Shown: positions 14,535-28,384 of the stretch, in pieces
How positions within the stretch are numbered: the first letter of the stretch is position 1
How the letters are laid out: the number at the start of each line of letters is the position of its first letter
Assembly: GCA_951406725.2 (NCBI GenBank)
Contig: OX597823.1
Span: 61,504,001-61,568,000, forward strand
Source: Octopus vulgaris
Taxonomy: Eukaryota
DNA length: 64,000 bases
Direction of reading: 5' to 3'
The notes under the pieces: generated by a model
Database searches by the model: none
Seen by the model: the letters and a program-made list of their open reading frames with translations, nothing else
Told to the model about the DNA's origin: nothing
Translations under genes and position numbers: made by a program

Positions 14535-14815
14535 GATGTTAATGTCCTGTTATTTGTATTTCTATTTGTGAACCAGTTCTCTGTTTTATCCATCCTTGTT
14601 TTTGTATACATTCATTGCTTTCTTCCAAGGAATCTAATGCTCTTAGCTTAGTTTTTCCTTGGGGCTAGCCAGATTGGAGCAATCTCGAGTATAACCAGCC
14701 GAAATTGCAAAGATAATCTGGAACTCAACAGAGGAAAGAAAACTTCGAATGACCCATTCTTGTTTTCTTTGTATCATCTATCTGGATATTTTGTGTTCTT
14801 GTCCCATTTTTGTAT
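14535..14815. mobile_element. (TA)n-embedded interspersed repeat (second copy at 58440-58730)
   Basis: Shared block GCTTTCTTCCAAGGAATCTAATGC...TTGGAGCAATCTC...CAGCCGAAATTGC. Confidence 0.75.
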
Positions 14816-14900
14816 TTATATATATATATGTATATGTTTTATTTGTTAATTTGTTATATATATATATATATTTATATATACATATATGTGTGTGTATAAA

Positions 14901-15385
14901 TAATCAGAAAATGGAGAAAACCTCAGATTAACAAACACATCGATTGGACCACATTTATAGCTTATTTTTTAATACAAAGCATGACTTAACAAATAGGTAA
15001 TGTAACAAATATTACGGCTGTTTCTGATCCGTTGCCAAAATGCTGTTTAGAAATAAATGTGAGAATAAAGTTTATCATCTTCATAGGACATTCGAATTAA
15101 GGCACAGAGCTTCATCAGAGTAAAAACACAAGAGCATACAATACAAACAAAGGGAAAAGGAAAAGGAAAAGGAAGCTCCGTGCCTTAATTCAAATGTTCT
15201 TTGAAGATGAAGAACTTTATTCTCGCATTTATTTATAGACAGCATTTTGGCAATGGATCAGAAACAGCCCTAAGATATGTCGTGCCATCTATTTGTTATG
15301 TTATGCTTTGTATTAAAATATAAGCTATAAATGTGGTCCAATTGATGTGTTTATTAATCTGAGGTTTTCTTCATTTTCTGATTAC
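14901..15385. mobile_element. Inverted-repeat element with arms of about 210 bp, resembling a Penelope pLTR pair
   Basis: 14901-15112 is the diverged reverse complement of 15171-15385; lies within TA/TG repeats. Confidence 0.75.
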
Positions 15386-15559
15386 TTGCATTGGTTCCTG
15401 ATAAACTCTTGTTTATCCTGTTGTTATCTGCACTCTACATGCATGGTATGACTGCACATCAATGCATGGGGATAATACTGGTAATGGATGCCGAAAGTGT
15501 ATACCGATATTTTATTCCTTAGCTGGTTATTATAACCACTAACTCTGTTTACACTTGAG

Positions 15560-15618
<59 letters not shown>

Positions 15619-15619
<1 letters not shown>

Positions 15620-15849
15620 AGGGTTCACCAAATGTCACCAGACAGTAAATGAAAACCATTTAATTCCGAGATACATTCATGTTTAACAACTGAATGAATT
15701 TGATTAACATTTAAATATGAAACATCATGAAAATTGTTCAAACTGAACGCCTTCTTGAGCGACACATTTTTCCATTCGAGTCAATACAGAATTACAGATA
15801 GTGTTTATGGAATTTTGATGTACTGTCGGGTGACTTTTGGCCAAACTTG
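15619..15849. mobile_element. Tc1/mariner-type MITE
   Basis: Imperfect 29-bp TIRs CAGGGTTCACCAAATGTCACCAGACAGTA / TACTGTCGGGTGACTTTTGGCCAAACTTG; TA on the left. Confidence 0.65.
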
Positions 15850-15959
15850 TGTGTATATATATATATATGCGTGTATATCAATATATATATTTATATATGT
15901 GTGGATATGTGTGTTTGTGTGTGTGTGTGTGTGTGCGTGTTTTTCCTTGTTTCTTTTTT

Positions 15960-16157
15960 TGTTCCCCCACCCACCACCACTTGACAACTGATGTTGGTGT
16001 GTTTACATCCCTGTAACTTAGAGGTTCAACAAAAGAGACTAATAGAATAAATACCAGGTTTAAAAAGTAATAAGTACTGGGGTCAATTCGTTCGACTAAC
16101 ATACTTCAACGTGGTGCCCCAGCATGGTCACAATTTAATAACTGAAACAAGTAAATG
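15960..16157 (+). mobile_element. SINE family A, 3' half
   Basis: CTTGACAAC...GTAACTTAG...CTGAAACAAGTAAA. Confidence 0.8.
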
Positions 16158-16774
16158 AGTCTATTTAAGAATTAGGTCAGTAATTCCTTTTTTCTTTTTA
16201 TATATTGAAGTAAAATAATCATCCCCTGAAGAAAAAAAAAATGAAAATCCCCTTCAAGACCTTTCACATAAAATGATTGGCATTTTTGATGCTGACACTT
16301 AATAATGCTTACCAATCTGCAAAACCAAAAATCTTCACAGAAAGATTATTCCTGTGTGATCATTTCATCATCATAGTCATTGTCAGCGGCAGTGGTATCA
16401 TTATCGTCATCAATATCATCATCATCGACATCATCATTTTAATGTCAAATTTTCCATACTTGCTTGGGTCGGACAGAATTTGATGAGGCCAGTTCTCTAT
16501 GGCAGGATGCTCTTAGTGTTACCAACTTTCACCTGTTTCTAAGCAGCAAGGTTATTTCCTCATGCCCACACAGGTTTTTTTGGGTTTTTTTTGTGGAAGA
16601 CTGAAAACAAACAATGTCACTTGTATGAGAGTGATGCTTGTTTATAATCCCCACATGATGTTAAGATAAGGGTATGCACAGATGTGTGCATACACACGCA
16701 TACACATATATTTATGTATATGTAAACAAATCAAAATAGATGAATATCAATGGAATTTGTATCTTTGTGGGAAA

Positions 16775-17224
16775 AGTGCCGGTGGCACACAAGAAAACCA
16801 TCCGAACGTGGCCGTAGCCAGTACCGCATCGACTGGCCTCCGTGCTGTGGGCACGTAACAAACACCATCTGATCGTGGCCGTTCGCCAGCCTCATCTGGC
16901 ACCTGTGTCGGTGGCACATAAAAACACCATCCGAGCGTGGCCGTCTGCCAGCCTCATCTGGCACCTGTGTCGGTGGCACAAAAAAAACACCATCCGAGCG
17001 TGGCCGTTCACCAGCCTCGTCTGGCACCTGTGTCGGTGGCACATAAAATCACCCACTACACTCTCGGAGTGGTTGGCGTTAGGAAGGGCATCCAGCTGTA
17101 GAAACACTGCCAGATCTGACTGGCCTGGTGCAGCCTTCGGGCTCCCCAGACCCCAGTTGAACCGTCCAACCCATGCTAGCATGGAAAGCGGACGTTAAAT
17201 GATGATGATGATGATGATGATGAT
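16775..17224 (+). mobile_element. CpG-rich RTE-tailed element with internal ~60-bp tandem repeats
   Basis: Repeated unit CGGTGGCACATAAAAACACCATCCGAGCGTGGCCG..., then the RTE 3' end and (GAT)n tail. Confidence 0.85.
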
Positions 17225-17646
17225 ATTCAATGAGCGTTTTTCAATTTCTGTCAACCAAATCCACTCATAAGGCTTTGAGCAGTTCAGGACTAGAATAGAA
17301 GACCAAGGCTTTGTGAATGAAATTAATAGAGTAGTAATATAATAAAAAAAAGTGCTGCATTAAGGAAATGTCTACTGAAACATGTCCAAAATGACATTCA
17401 AATCTTTTAACCTATAATGTTGTTGTTAAAACCTACTGTATAATTCAACATGAGTTAACTTGGTGTCAAATTCAAGCAGACATGCTTTTCATTTTAAGAA
17501 ACAAAAATTATGCTGTAGAAAGTACAAGATAGAGAAATTGAATTCTTAATGTCAGCATACTTCAAATTCTTCTCTGTATGGCAAACCAGATTATCTTTCA
17601 CCTGTAATAAACTAAAATGAAATCTAAATTAGAGATAGAAGGCAAA

Positions 17647-18039
17647 TCTTTATATATAAAAGTCAAGTTGTGTGTCTGTCTCCTACGATTTAGATTCCTA
17701 ACTACTCCCACATTTTGCAGTGCAGTTTAACCAAAACCGGGTATCTTATAGTCGTGATTCATATCGAGCCCTTCTGGGTATTAGCGCGCGTCTACGATGA
17801 GTCTACGATTTAAAAAAAATTTACCATCATTTTTTTCCATTTTAATGCATTTTTTCGCTATTATATAAGGGAAGTAACTCTTTAAAAAATCTACGATGAG
17901 TCAACGATTTAAAAAAAATTTACCATCATTTTTTCCATTTTTAATGCATTTTTTTGCTATTTTTTGGCTATAACTCTCTAAAAATGCTTATATAGTTATT
18001 TCCCTTACAAACCCAAGCAACGCCAGGCGATACTGCTAG
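17647..18039 (+). mobile_element. Non-autonomous Helitron
   Basis: 5' TC, 3' CTAG, inserted between A and T, subterminal hairpin (CCCGAGCAACGCCGGG in a sibling copy), no TSD. Confidence 0.88.
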
Positions 18040-18051
18040 TAAGTTATAATA

Positions 18052-18465
18052 AGGTGGTGCGCTGGCAGAAACGTTAGCATGCCAGGTGAAATGCTTTGAG
18101 GTATTTCATCTGCTGTTACGTTCTGAGTTCAAATTCCGCAGAGGTTGACTTTGCCTTTCATCCTTTCGGGGTCAATTAAATAAGTACCAGTTACGCACTG
18201 GGGTCAATATAATCGACTTAATCCGTTTTTCTGTCCTTGTTTGTCCACTCTGTGTTTAGCCCCTTGTGGGTAGTAAAGAAATAAGTATTTCGTCTGCCGT
18301 TACCTTCTGAGTTCAAATTCCGTGGAGGTCGACTTTACCTTTCATCCTTTCGTGGTCAATAAATTAAGTACCAGTTACACACTGGGGTCGATGTAATCGA
18401 CTTAATCCCTTTGTCTGTCCTTGTTTGTTCCCTCTATGTTTAGCCCCTGGTGGGCAATAAAGAAA
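18052..18465 (+). mobile_element. SINE family B dimer with 12-bp TSD
   Basis: Body repeated twice; TAAGTTATAATA at 18040-18051 and 18466-18477. Confidence 0.88.
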
Positions 18466-18719
18466 TAAGTTATAATAGAGTTTGCATAAATCTATGTATC
18501 ATTATAACATGATTTTTATCTTGAAATAACTTGCTTAAAGATGAGTCTATCTCTATGTAAAACATGTTCCCTAAAATACAACAGTAGATTGAAGACCTTT
18601 TAGACGTTTTATTTCAGCTACATTTGTTATGTTGTTTGATATAGTTGATTGTAGAATCTTCACTCATACTTCTAATTCTCACAGCTTGAGTCTTATTCCA
18701 AATATTTTCTGCATCTCTC

Positions 18720-18786
<67 letters not shown>

Positions 18787-18979
18787 AAAAAATTTTATTA
18801 CTAGTGCATATTATCACAAATGTCTGATGAATGGTTATATAAAACTCTGGATAAATTTGTGTTATATTTTTTAACTGCAATAAAATAGTATTTTGCTCTA
18901 CATTTGGTATTCGAGTACTATTTTTCCACCTTGTTTTGAACCTTATGGACTTATTTTCTCCCTCTCTTTCTCTCTCTCC

Positions 18980-19035
<56 letters not shown>

Positions 19036-19042
19036 TATTCAT

Positions 19043-19090
<48 letters not shown>

Positions 19091-19099
19091 ACATATATA

Positions 19100-20345
19100 T
19101 TGGGTTGGTAAAAAAGTTGGTAGTGTTTTTTAAGTAAAATTCATTAACAATATCTAGATATTTGTACATCCCTTTTATTCATCCACATATTTGCCATTTT
19201 GTTCTGCTCCCTTTCATCATCTTTGAGGCAGCTTCATGATCCCATCCTTCCAGAACTTGGCATCTTTCTGGGTCATGAATTGGTCTAAGTGGATTCTACA
19301 CTCTTTTAAAGAATTGAAGTTCTTCCCATTAAGGGAATTTTGCAGAGATTGGAATACATAATAATCTGAAGGTGCATGGTCAGGTGAGTACAGTGGGTGG
19401 GGTAGGACTTCCCATTCAAGCTGACCAATTTCTGCCTTGTCTGCAAAGAAACATGCAGTCTAGTGTTCTCCTGATGTATGACGACACCATTTTGGTTGGC
19501 TAATTCAGGAAGTTTTTCATCAACTGTAATTGGTCTAATTGAAAACAAAGCAGTCTGAATTTAACATCTGATTTTGTGTAAGTAACTTGTAATTCACAAT
19601 GCCCTTTGAAGCCAACAGATACAGAGCATCATTTTCTTCGGATACAGACCAGCTTTTGGAGAGACTGAAGGTGGGTCATCTCGTTTTTCCAAGGACTTAT
19701 TTCATTTTATGTTGTTGTAAATAATCTATTTCTCATCACTCATGATCGTTCTTTTCAAAAACAGATCAATTTTGTTTCGTCTGAGCAGAGAATTACAAAT
19801 GGAAATGTGCTCTATTAAGCTTTTTTCTTGTTACCCAAACTTCATAGCGATTCACATAACCAAATGTTTTTAAAATGCTTTATAATGCTCACATGAGATG
19901 TATGGAGAATCTCCACAATGTCTTACATTGTGTGATATGGATTATGTCTTTATCAACATCTCAATTTGCTTTTATCAATGACTGTAGGCCTGCTGGAATG
20001 TTCATGGTCTTCCTGGTCAAAATTTTCTAAACCTGGCAAACCATTTTCAAACAGTACTTTCAGCTATAACACCATCTCCATAAACAGCACATATCTTCTT
20101 TGCTGTTTGTGCAGCATTTTTTGCTTTCCAGAAATAAAAGTGCATTAAATGGTGAAAATCTATTTCATTTTTCTTCATTATCAATTTATAATCCACACAA
20201 AATTCAAATAGAAAAATGCGTTGAAATCTCCTCTTTCAAAAAATATATATTGAATGGATGTCATATGTTCCTGTCACGTGATAAAACAGATCACGTGATT
20301 AAACAACACCAACTGGAAACACTACAAACTTTTTTACCAACCCAA
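19100..20345 (-). mobile_element. Near full-length degraded mariner
   Basis: TIRs TTGGGTTGGTAAAAAAGTT / AACTTTTTTACCAACCCAA with TA flanks; minus-strand PHPLYSPDHAPSDYYVFQSLQNSLNGKNF; many stops and frameshifts. Confidence 0.9.
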
Positions 20346-20488
20346 TATGTGTGTGTGTGTATATATATATATTTATATGTAAATATGTATATATATGTAT
20401 ATATGTATACATATGCACATACATACACTTACATATACATATATACATATAAATGTATATATACACATATACACACATATATATATCT

Positions 20489-20521
<33 letters not shown>

Positions 20522-20549
20522 GTCTTATAGATATATATATAAATGTATA

Positions 20550-20621
<72 letters not shown>

Positions 20622-20685
20622 ACAATTTTGTCTTTTTTTCGGCATATTTGGCATTAGAATTTTTCTTTTGCCCTTATTTTGTAAG

Positions 20686-20759
<74 letters not shown>

Positions 20760-21199
20760 ATATGTATATATGTATATATGTATATGCATATATGTATATA
20801 TATGTATATATATATGTATATATCATATATATATATATATATATATATGTATACATATATATATGTGTGTGTGTGTCTGTGTATGTATGTATACATATAC
20901 ACATACATACACTCACATATACATATATACATACATATAAATATATATATATATACATATACATATGTATATATATATATACATTGTGTCTGGAGAGACT
21001 CATTCTCTTTTAGTACTTTATTAATTTAACACACTCACCAATTTCCACTCATTTATTTTTACTACTATTTTCATTACGACTTGCAACCTTTTCAATAGGC
21101 ATTGACGCTGTCCGTTATCAAAATTGCATTCATTTTGTATGCGTGCGTGTGTGTCCATGTGCATGTGCATACACATATGCATAAATATATGTATGTGTA

Positions 21200-21230
<31 letters not shown>

Positions 21231-22173
21231 GGGAGGTAGGCATGTATGTATGTATATGCAGCACATATATATCTGCATTTCCTTGTCTTGGCATGAATGA
21301 TTGTTGTAAATGAACATCATTCATTTCCAGTATTCTGCAAAAACAATGGCAATGGAAAAATATTATTCGTCTGGAAGCAGGTGAGGGTTGGTGACAGAAG
21401 TGCACTCAGCCATAGAAAATTTATCTCAATAAACTCTGTGTCACCCCTGCAAACATGGAAAATTGGACATTAAGACAATGATGATGATGATGATGATGAT
21501 GATGGTGATCAGTGAAAGATAGAACCATAGCCTTATATGAGATAATGGTGAACTGCCTGAAACCTTCTTTTGGCAGAATATTAAAGCAATTTCTTAGTTG
21601 CCTACTAATGTCTATTGCAGCTGCTACAGAATGCGATTGGTTCTAATATATATCAACAAGCATGTCAGTTACCTTTAGGAGTGGCTTATAATTAGCTGTG
21701 ATAAAGTTATTAAATATGATACTATTAGCCATATAAAAATTCATTTTCAAACAGGGATGCTGTATGGTTGAATCCAGGAAGCAATCTACTATAGATGAAA
21801 GGCAAAACTGATTTCAACATATCAAATACTGTGAAACATCTCATCTGACTCTAAAACTTCTGCTAATCTATAATCCTGGAATGGGACTTTATTTATCAAC
21901 CCCCATCAAGAATGGAAGACAAAGAAGATCATAATGAGATTTGAACTCAGAATGCAAAGACAGATCAGATGCACATGCTTAGGGTATCAAGAGAAGTGAG
22001 GAACCTCAAAAATGGTAAAAAAAAAACAGCATTAAAAGAAAAACACTTTAAACTTGCTAAAATAATATTTGGAGGTGTTCATATGATTGGAAATATAATT
22101 TCAAAGTATCCATGGTGAGGATCTGATCAAAGGCTTTGCAATTAAAAAAAGTAGGAGAAAACATTTCAAATAT

Positions 22174-22545
22174 AAACAAGAGCACTCAGAGAGCACAAAC
22201 CTCAACCAAGGTAACACCAACGTCCTCTCAATAATTAGCGAGAGATAATTTTTTAAATGAGTATATCTGAAATAAACTTGACTGCTCTCACAAACAAGAA
22301 TACTAAAAATGAACCCAACCACTCTCAAACATTAAATAAAAAACAGCAAAAATAATCCTGAATCTTTGTCCATTATTGGATTGATCCCAAAATCTAGTCA
22401 GTTTGTGCCAATCATGAGGCCAAACATCCCCGAAAATTTCATCTAAATTCATCCAATGGTTCTTGAGATATCTTGTCCATGGACAAACAAACAAACAAAC
22501 ACAACTGAAAACAATATCCCCACCTTCGCTAAGGCAGAGGTAATA
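22174..22545 (-). mobile_element. Helentron-associated non-autonomous element (HINE/DINE-1-like)
   Basis: Minus strand starts TATTACCTCTGCC, then a hairpin and (TGTT)n; ends CCTTGGTTGAGG-TTT-GTGCTCTCTGAGTGC-TCTTGTT (sub-TIR plus 3' stem-loop). Confidence 0.7.
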
Positions 22546-23104
22546 CAATGGAAACATACAAAAACAAGCATTACTTTCTATCTTACTGTTGTTTCATTTA
22601 GTCCATCCCTGTATCTAATGTTCTAACAATTCTGCTGAGTTATTACTCTGGACTAGTATGTTATTTATTGATTCCAAAGTAACAAAGTTGACATTGATAG
22701 GATTTGAACTAAGAACACAGAAACCTGGAGGAAATACCATAATGCATTGTGTCTGCAGCTCTAACAACTCTGCCAGTTCACCTGTCACTTTAAAACTTAC
22801 AATAAATATACAGACGAATATATGAAAGAAAGAATTAAAACATTGTATTTCAGGAAATCAGATGACAAATTCATTTCATCTTTTAAGTTGCATAAATCTA
22901 TGGGAAATTGTCGGCAAGTCATGGTTTATAATTTTAATTTTGATTTTGAACTTCAATTCATTTATTTTGACAAGAAAATTACAGCATATTACAATGTGTA
23001 AATAAAAAAAAAGAGAATAAAATATTAAGAGTTGAAGGTTTGTAACAAAGGCCAAGGTTGGTGGCTGTGTGTCAAGAATGACTTTAGTTTTTTTTTATAA
23101 CTGA

Positions 23105-23199
23105 AACAACAACAACAGCAGCAACTGCAGCAGCAGCAACAACAACAACAACAATAATAGCAGCAGCAACAACAGCAGCAGCAACAACAGCAGCAGCAA

Positions 23200-23230
<31 letters not shown>
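23105..23230. repeat. (CAG/CAA)n tract with a 15-bp higher-order unit
   Basis: (CAGCAGCAGCAACAA) repeated; TAA TAG stops interrupt the poly-Q frame. Confidence 0.9.
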
Positions 23231-24457
23231 CGTTCAAGAATTTGGACCTGGAGATCTCCATTTCCAGCGACTTTGAGGGCCACCTCCCAGTGGTGTCGGG
23301 CGTCAACGAAGAGCCCTTGACTACAACAAGACGACCAAAGTTGTTTTTTTTATCCAAGGTCTGGGGTATCCCGCCCTTAAGCCCTCGACCATCATCTAAT
23401 CACCCTTACCCGTCTCGTTGCTTAACAACAACAATAACAACAACAACAGCAGGAGCAGCCGAAGCAACAACAACAACAATAACAATGTTTTCAAATTCTT
23501 GCATAAGGTTAGCAATTCTTGAAAAGAGGAGGATAGTCAATTACATCAGCCCCAGTATGCAGCTGGTACTTATTTTATCAACCGTAAAAGGATGAAAAGC
23601 AAAGGTGACCTTAGTAAGATTTGAACTCAGACTGTAAACAGTGAGAAGCAAACAGTGATTGCAAGATGCTAACCTGTCTAGAACAAAGATTTAGTATATC
23701 TGGAGAATGAAATCAATAGAATGTCGAGTACAAAGACCTAAAATAATGTCAGCAGTCATCGAATCTCTATGCTTCATGAAGAAAAGACAGGAGAATTTCA
23801 CCAACATATTCGAGGCAACAGCATTACTACAATCAAATGCAGTTGAGATCACATGACTGGGAATAGCCTATCACATAGTACAGAGACTACTGTCAGTCAA
23901 GTGACATCTTTGAAATTGCACTTCAGGCCAATAATTTGGACCTGGTTCTACACTAGACAAAACAGGAAGCACACACAAAAAAAAAAAGAGCAATGATAAT
24001 AGAAATATGAATATTGATAAAAAAAAAAAAAAGAAAAAAACAATGAGATGGCAGCAATAGAAAAATGACAACAATGATGATGATTATGATGATGATGATG
24101 ATGATGATGATAATTCAGGTGAAAGGAAGAAAAGGTAATGCACAAACAGCACAAACAAACTGGGAAGGAAGGAAGGGAAGTGTGATACAAATAGAATGTT
24201 GAATGCTGAAGACTGTTGAGTAGAAAAAAATATGATTTGATGGAAAATGGACATAAACCGAGCAAGTGTTATGGATTGAATTAAGTTGGAATATGTAAAG
24301 GCGAGGTGGGGGAAGGAAGCCAAATGTTTGTTCCACTGGGCTTTGGCCTTTGACAACAATATAAACTGCTTTGTGATAAGTGAAGGGACGGACCCTATTC
24401 ATTTCAAGACATTCAGAAAAGAACGAAAACACTCACAGAAATACAACAACGAAAATA

Positions 24458-24512
<55 letters not shown>

Positions 24513-24713
24513 TAATAATAATAATAGAGGAATGACATCTCACAATGGGCATCTCAGTACTTTAAAATGAAAATGAAAAAAAGAAAATAAATAACTCTTC
24601 CAAAATGGCTTGTTTCAATTGATTGATTGATTGGTTAGTTTTGGTATACATACATATATATGTATAGATAGATAGATAGATAGATTGATAGATATAATTA
24701 TACTTGTATATAT

Positions 24714-24765
<52 letters not shown>

Positions 24766-24842
24766 ATACATATATATACATATATATACATATATATATA
24801 TATACATGTATACACATATATATATACATATATATATATGCA

Positions 24843-24879
<37 letters not shown>

Positions 24880-25665
24880 GTGTTCAATTCCTTTTTATTA
24901 TGGTGTGTATGCATGGCAAGGGAAGGTGGAATATACTGTGCCTCTACCATGTTATTTTTCTTATATTATTATTATTATTTTATATTTTTTTTGTCTGATT
25001 TCATTATGGTTTTTGTCTTTAACATTAGTCAGACAAAAATTTTGCATTACATTGTTTTTCCAGCCCAGTAATCACAAATGCACCACAAGGACTTACAGTA
25101 ACTGAAGCCTTTTGATATATAAAAATTACATTAGACATTGATGCTTTTGAATGCAAAGGCAGATAGCAAAACTATTGGTACATGTCAATGATGCCAAATC
25201 TTGATTTATTTTCTTGTTGTTGTTGTTGTTTTTTGTCTGTTTATGTTTCTCTGCATTTTTATTTTTGTTTTTCTGTTGTTTTTGTTGTTTTTTGTTTCCA
25301 TTTTTTTTTTAGTATCATCAAAATATATGTGTGCTAAGGGAGATAGATAAATATGTTACAAATACACACACAAACATGTACACTGACACATATACATATA
25401 TATATATATATATATATGCATGTTTGAGTTAGTGTGTGTATGTATATACATATATATTCATTCTACATATATATATATATATATGTATATACATATGTGT
25501 ATATATATATATATATATATGCATATGTATATACACATGTGTATATATATATATATATGTATGTATGTATATATATATGTATATATATGTATATATATAT
25601 ATGTGTGTGTGTGTATATATATATGTATGTATATATATGTATATTTATATGTGCGTCCATATAGA

Positions 25666-25712
<47 letters not shown>

Positions 25713-25737
25713 GTATATATATGTATATATATATGTA

Positions 25738-25829
<92 letters not shown>

Positions 25830-26764
25830 CAGACATTCATGTGTGTGTGTGTGTGTGTATACATATGCACATGTATCTAGAGAGTGAATGAGTGGTTAAT
25901 AGAAGAGAGAGAGAGAGATACACACACATGCACACACAAGGAAGGAATGAGAGAGAGAGAGAGAGAGAGAAAGTAAAGAATTGGTGGGGTGAGCAGGCAG
26001 GATGTGGAGTTATTAAAAGAGAGGTAGAAGGAAAAGAAAAGAGAAAAGAAGAGAAGAGAAGAGAAGAGCAGAGAAGTCTCTGGAGGTGTACAACGGTGGT
26101 TGTTGTAAGTAGTGAGCAAATGAAGCAGGCGTGTTTTTATCACTGCTCAAGCCATTTACTTTAAACACCAGTTAAAGCAGCAAGCACTATTGATGAAGAA
26201 GAACAAAGGTAAAAATATTACTGAGGGGAGCTTATTTGTCACACTCTAATCATAGACAACTGATCATCGGTTCTGACTGACTCCCTTTTGGATTCACAGA
26301 AAGACAGCTCCCCCCGCCCGCCAACACACCCCCAACTCATTCTCTCTCCCCCCCACCGCTTCATTCTACTCCCTCACTCTCTCTCTCTCTCTCTTTCTCT
26401 CACACATGCACAAGCAGTCACACACATGCATACACATGCACACAGATAACACCACATGTGTGCACACACACAGAGTCGCATGCACATACACACAAATATC
26501 AGGCTAACCGAAAACCTCTGATTATGTCTCAAGGTTACTCGGTACAAATTGGCTGTGGTAGATGTCTGAAATAGGAAAAATCTGGCCAAATGATTTAGTG
26601 TTGTTGTTGCTGTTATCTTTGTTGTTTTTGTTGTTATGGTTTTTATCGAGCTATTTCTATATTGGTTTTAGCATTAAATATTTGACAATGGCTTCTCTGA
26701 TAAATGAGAGGGAGAGAGAAGGAGAGAGATATAGAGGATAGGATACAATGAGAGAGAGAGAGAG

Positions 26765-26815
<51 letters not shown>

Positions 26816-27138
26816 AAAAGAGAATAATGTTGATCATCAATTGTCATTAGAAACAGGCTATTTATTTATGTCTGTGAGGTAGATACAAGTAGCTTGCTGG
26901 TTCGATGGTTTGCTGGTGGGGTGGGTTGAATGAATTGTGAGTTATTGCTTCTGCGTTTCTATAATTCTGGTGGAACTCTGTATCGTGTATCTGCAGCTTT
27001 CTGCATTTGCGAAGCTGTGTGAAATTGATAGATAAATATGGGTATGCTGATATGTATAAAAGCATGTACTTAGGTACCTATGTTTGTATCGATGCCACCA
27101 AGCATGTATGTACATGTGTATGTGTATAAGTGCATATG

Positions 27139-27171
<33 letters not shown>

Positions 27172-27173
27172 AG

Positions 27174-27253
<80 letters not shown>

Positions 27254-27279
27254 GTGTAGATATTCTTTTTTCTTTTTTT

Positions 27280-27490
27280 CTTTTACATGTTTCAATCATT
27301 TGAATGCAGCCATGCTGGAGCACTGCCTTGGAGGTTTTTTTTTTAGTTGAAGGAATTGACCCCAGGCCTTATTCTTTGTAATCCTAGTATTTCTTCTTTC
27401 AGTCTCTTTTGCTGAACTGCTAAGTTACAGGTATATAAACACACCAACACCAGACGTCAAGTGATGGTGCGAGGACAAACACAGATACAC
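27280..27490 (-). mobile_element. SINE family A, 3' half
   Basis: Reverse-complement match. Confidence 0.8.
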
Positions 27491-27522
27491 ATACATACAT
27501 ATAAATATATATACATATATAC

Positions 27523-27612
<90 letters not shown>

Positions 27613-27743
27613 GAACTAAAAAAAGGCTGATTGTACAAATATATATATATGTAGGGAGAGTTTACAAAAAAAACAAAAGACGAAGACAGGTGGTGTACAA
27701 AACAAACAGATGTATTAGTATAATGCTCAGGAATAGAAAAAGT

Positions 27744-27779
27744 CTTTTACGTTTCAAGCCTACGCTCTTCTACAGAAAG
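27744..27779 (-). ncRNA. Minimal hammerhead ribozyme-like motif (A6U variant) in a TA-embedded repeat at 27650-27862
   Basis: CTTT-CTGTAGA-A-GAGC-GTAG-GCTT-GAAA-CG-TA-AAAG. Confidence 0.55.
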
Positions 27780-28192
27780 GGACACAGAAAAAACAAGGAG
27801 AGAAACAAGGAGAGAAAAAGGAGAGAAAAAAAGAAGAAAAAAATGTCTGTAGTGGCTACCAATCTATATAAACTTAGAAAAACTTAGATGTGTTTCGACC
27901 AAAGGTTGGTCCAGGCCATATAGCACTACCTGATAGGATTATCTAAATCCTTTTTAAGTCAAGCTTTGTGTTAACATGGTCTATTCAAGTAGTGAGTTCT
28001 TGTTGAGTGAGTTGTATCCAGGTGTAGGTAGCTTATCTGGTATTCCTTGAAGAAATTTGTCTAGACAAGGTAATGGGATCCTTTTCTTCTTTGATCAGTT
28101 TTGGGACAATGTCAACAGGGCAGAGCCTGTTGAAGAAAAGAAATACTGTCACAGTGTACCTATATGTTGTGATCCTGAAGTGGGCAGGGGAC

Positions 28193-28249
<57 letters not shown>

Positions 28250-28384
28250 AGAGATGACAACAGAGTAAGCAATTATCCTATCAAAGTCTTTAACTAACAG
28301 CTGTTCCCACTACTGAGTGCTGCAGACTCATCGTTGAGTGCTTGAGTATATAAATCTGTTTGTATGTGCATATGTATATATATA

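Noticed and set aside
16775-17045. Regularly spaced repeats superficially like a CRISPR array
   Set aside because: The spacers are near-identical to each other, the context is a eukaryotic retroelement, and no cas genes are present
23101-23595. Poly-Q or poly-C/L ORFs as a host gene
   Set aside because: In-frame TAA TAG within the Q tract, no credible splice signals, and the frame runs into a SINE remnant
26875-26896. TGAGGTAG let-7-like seed
   Set aside because: The 3' part is unlike let-7 and no precursor hairpin is evident
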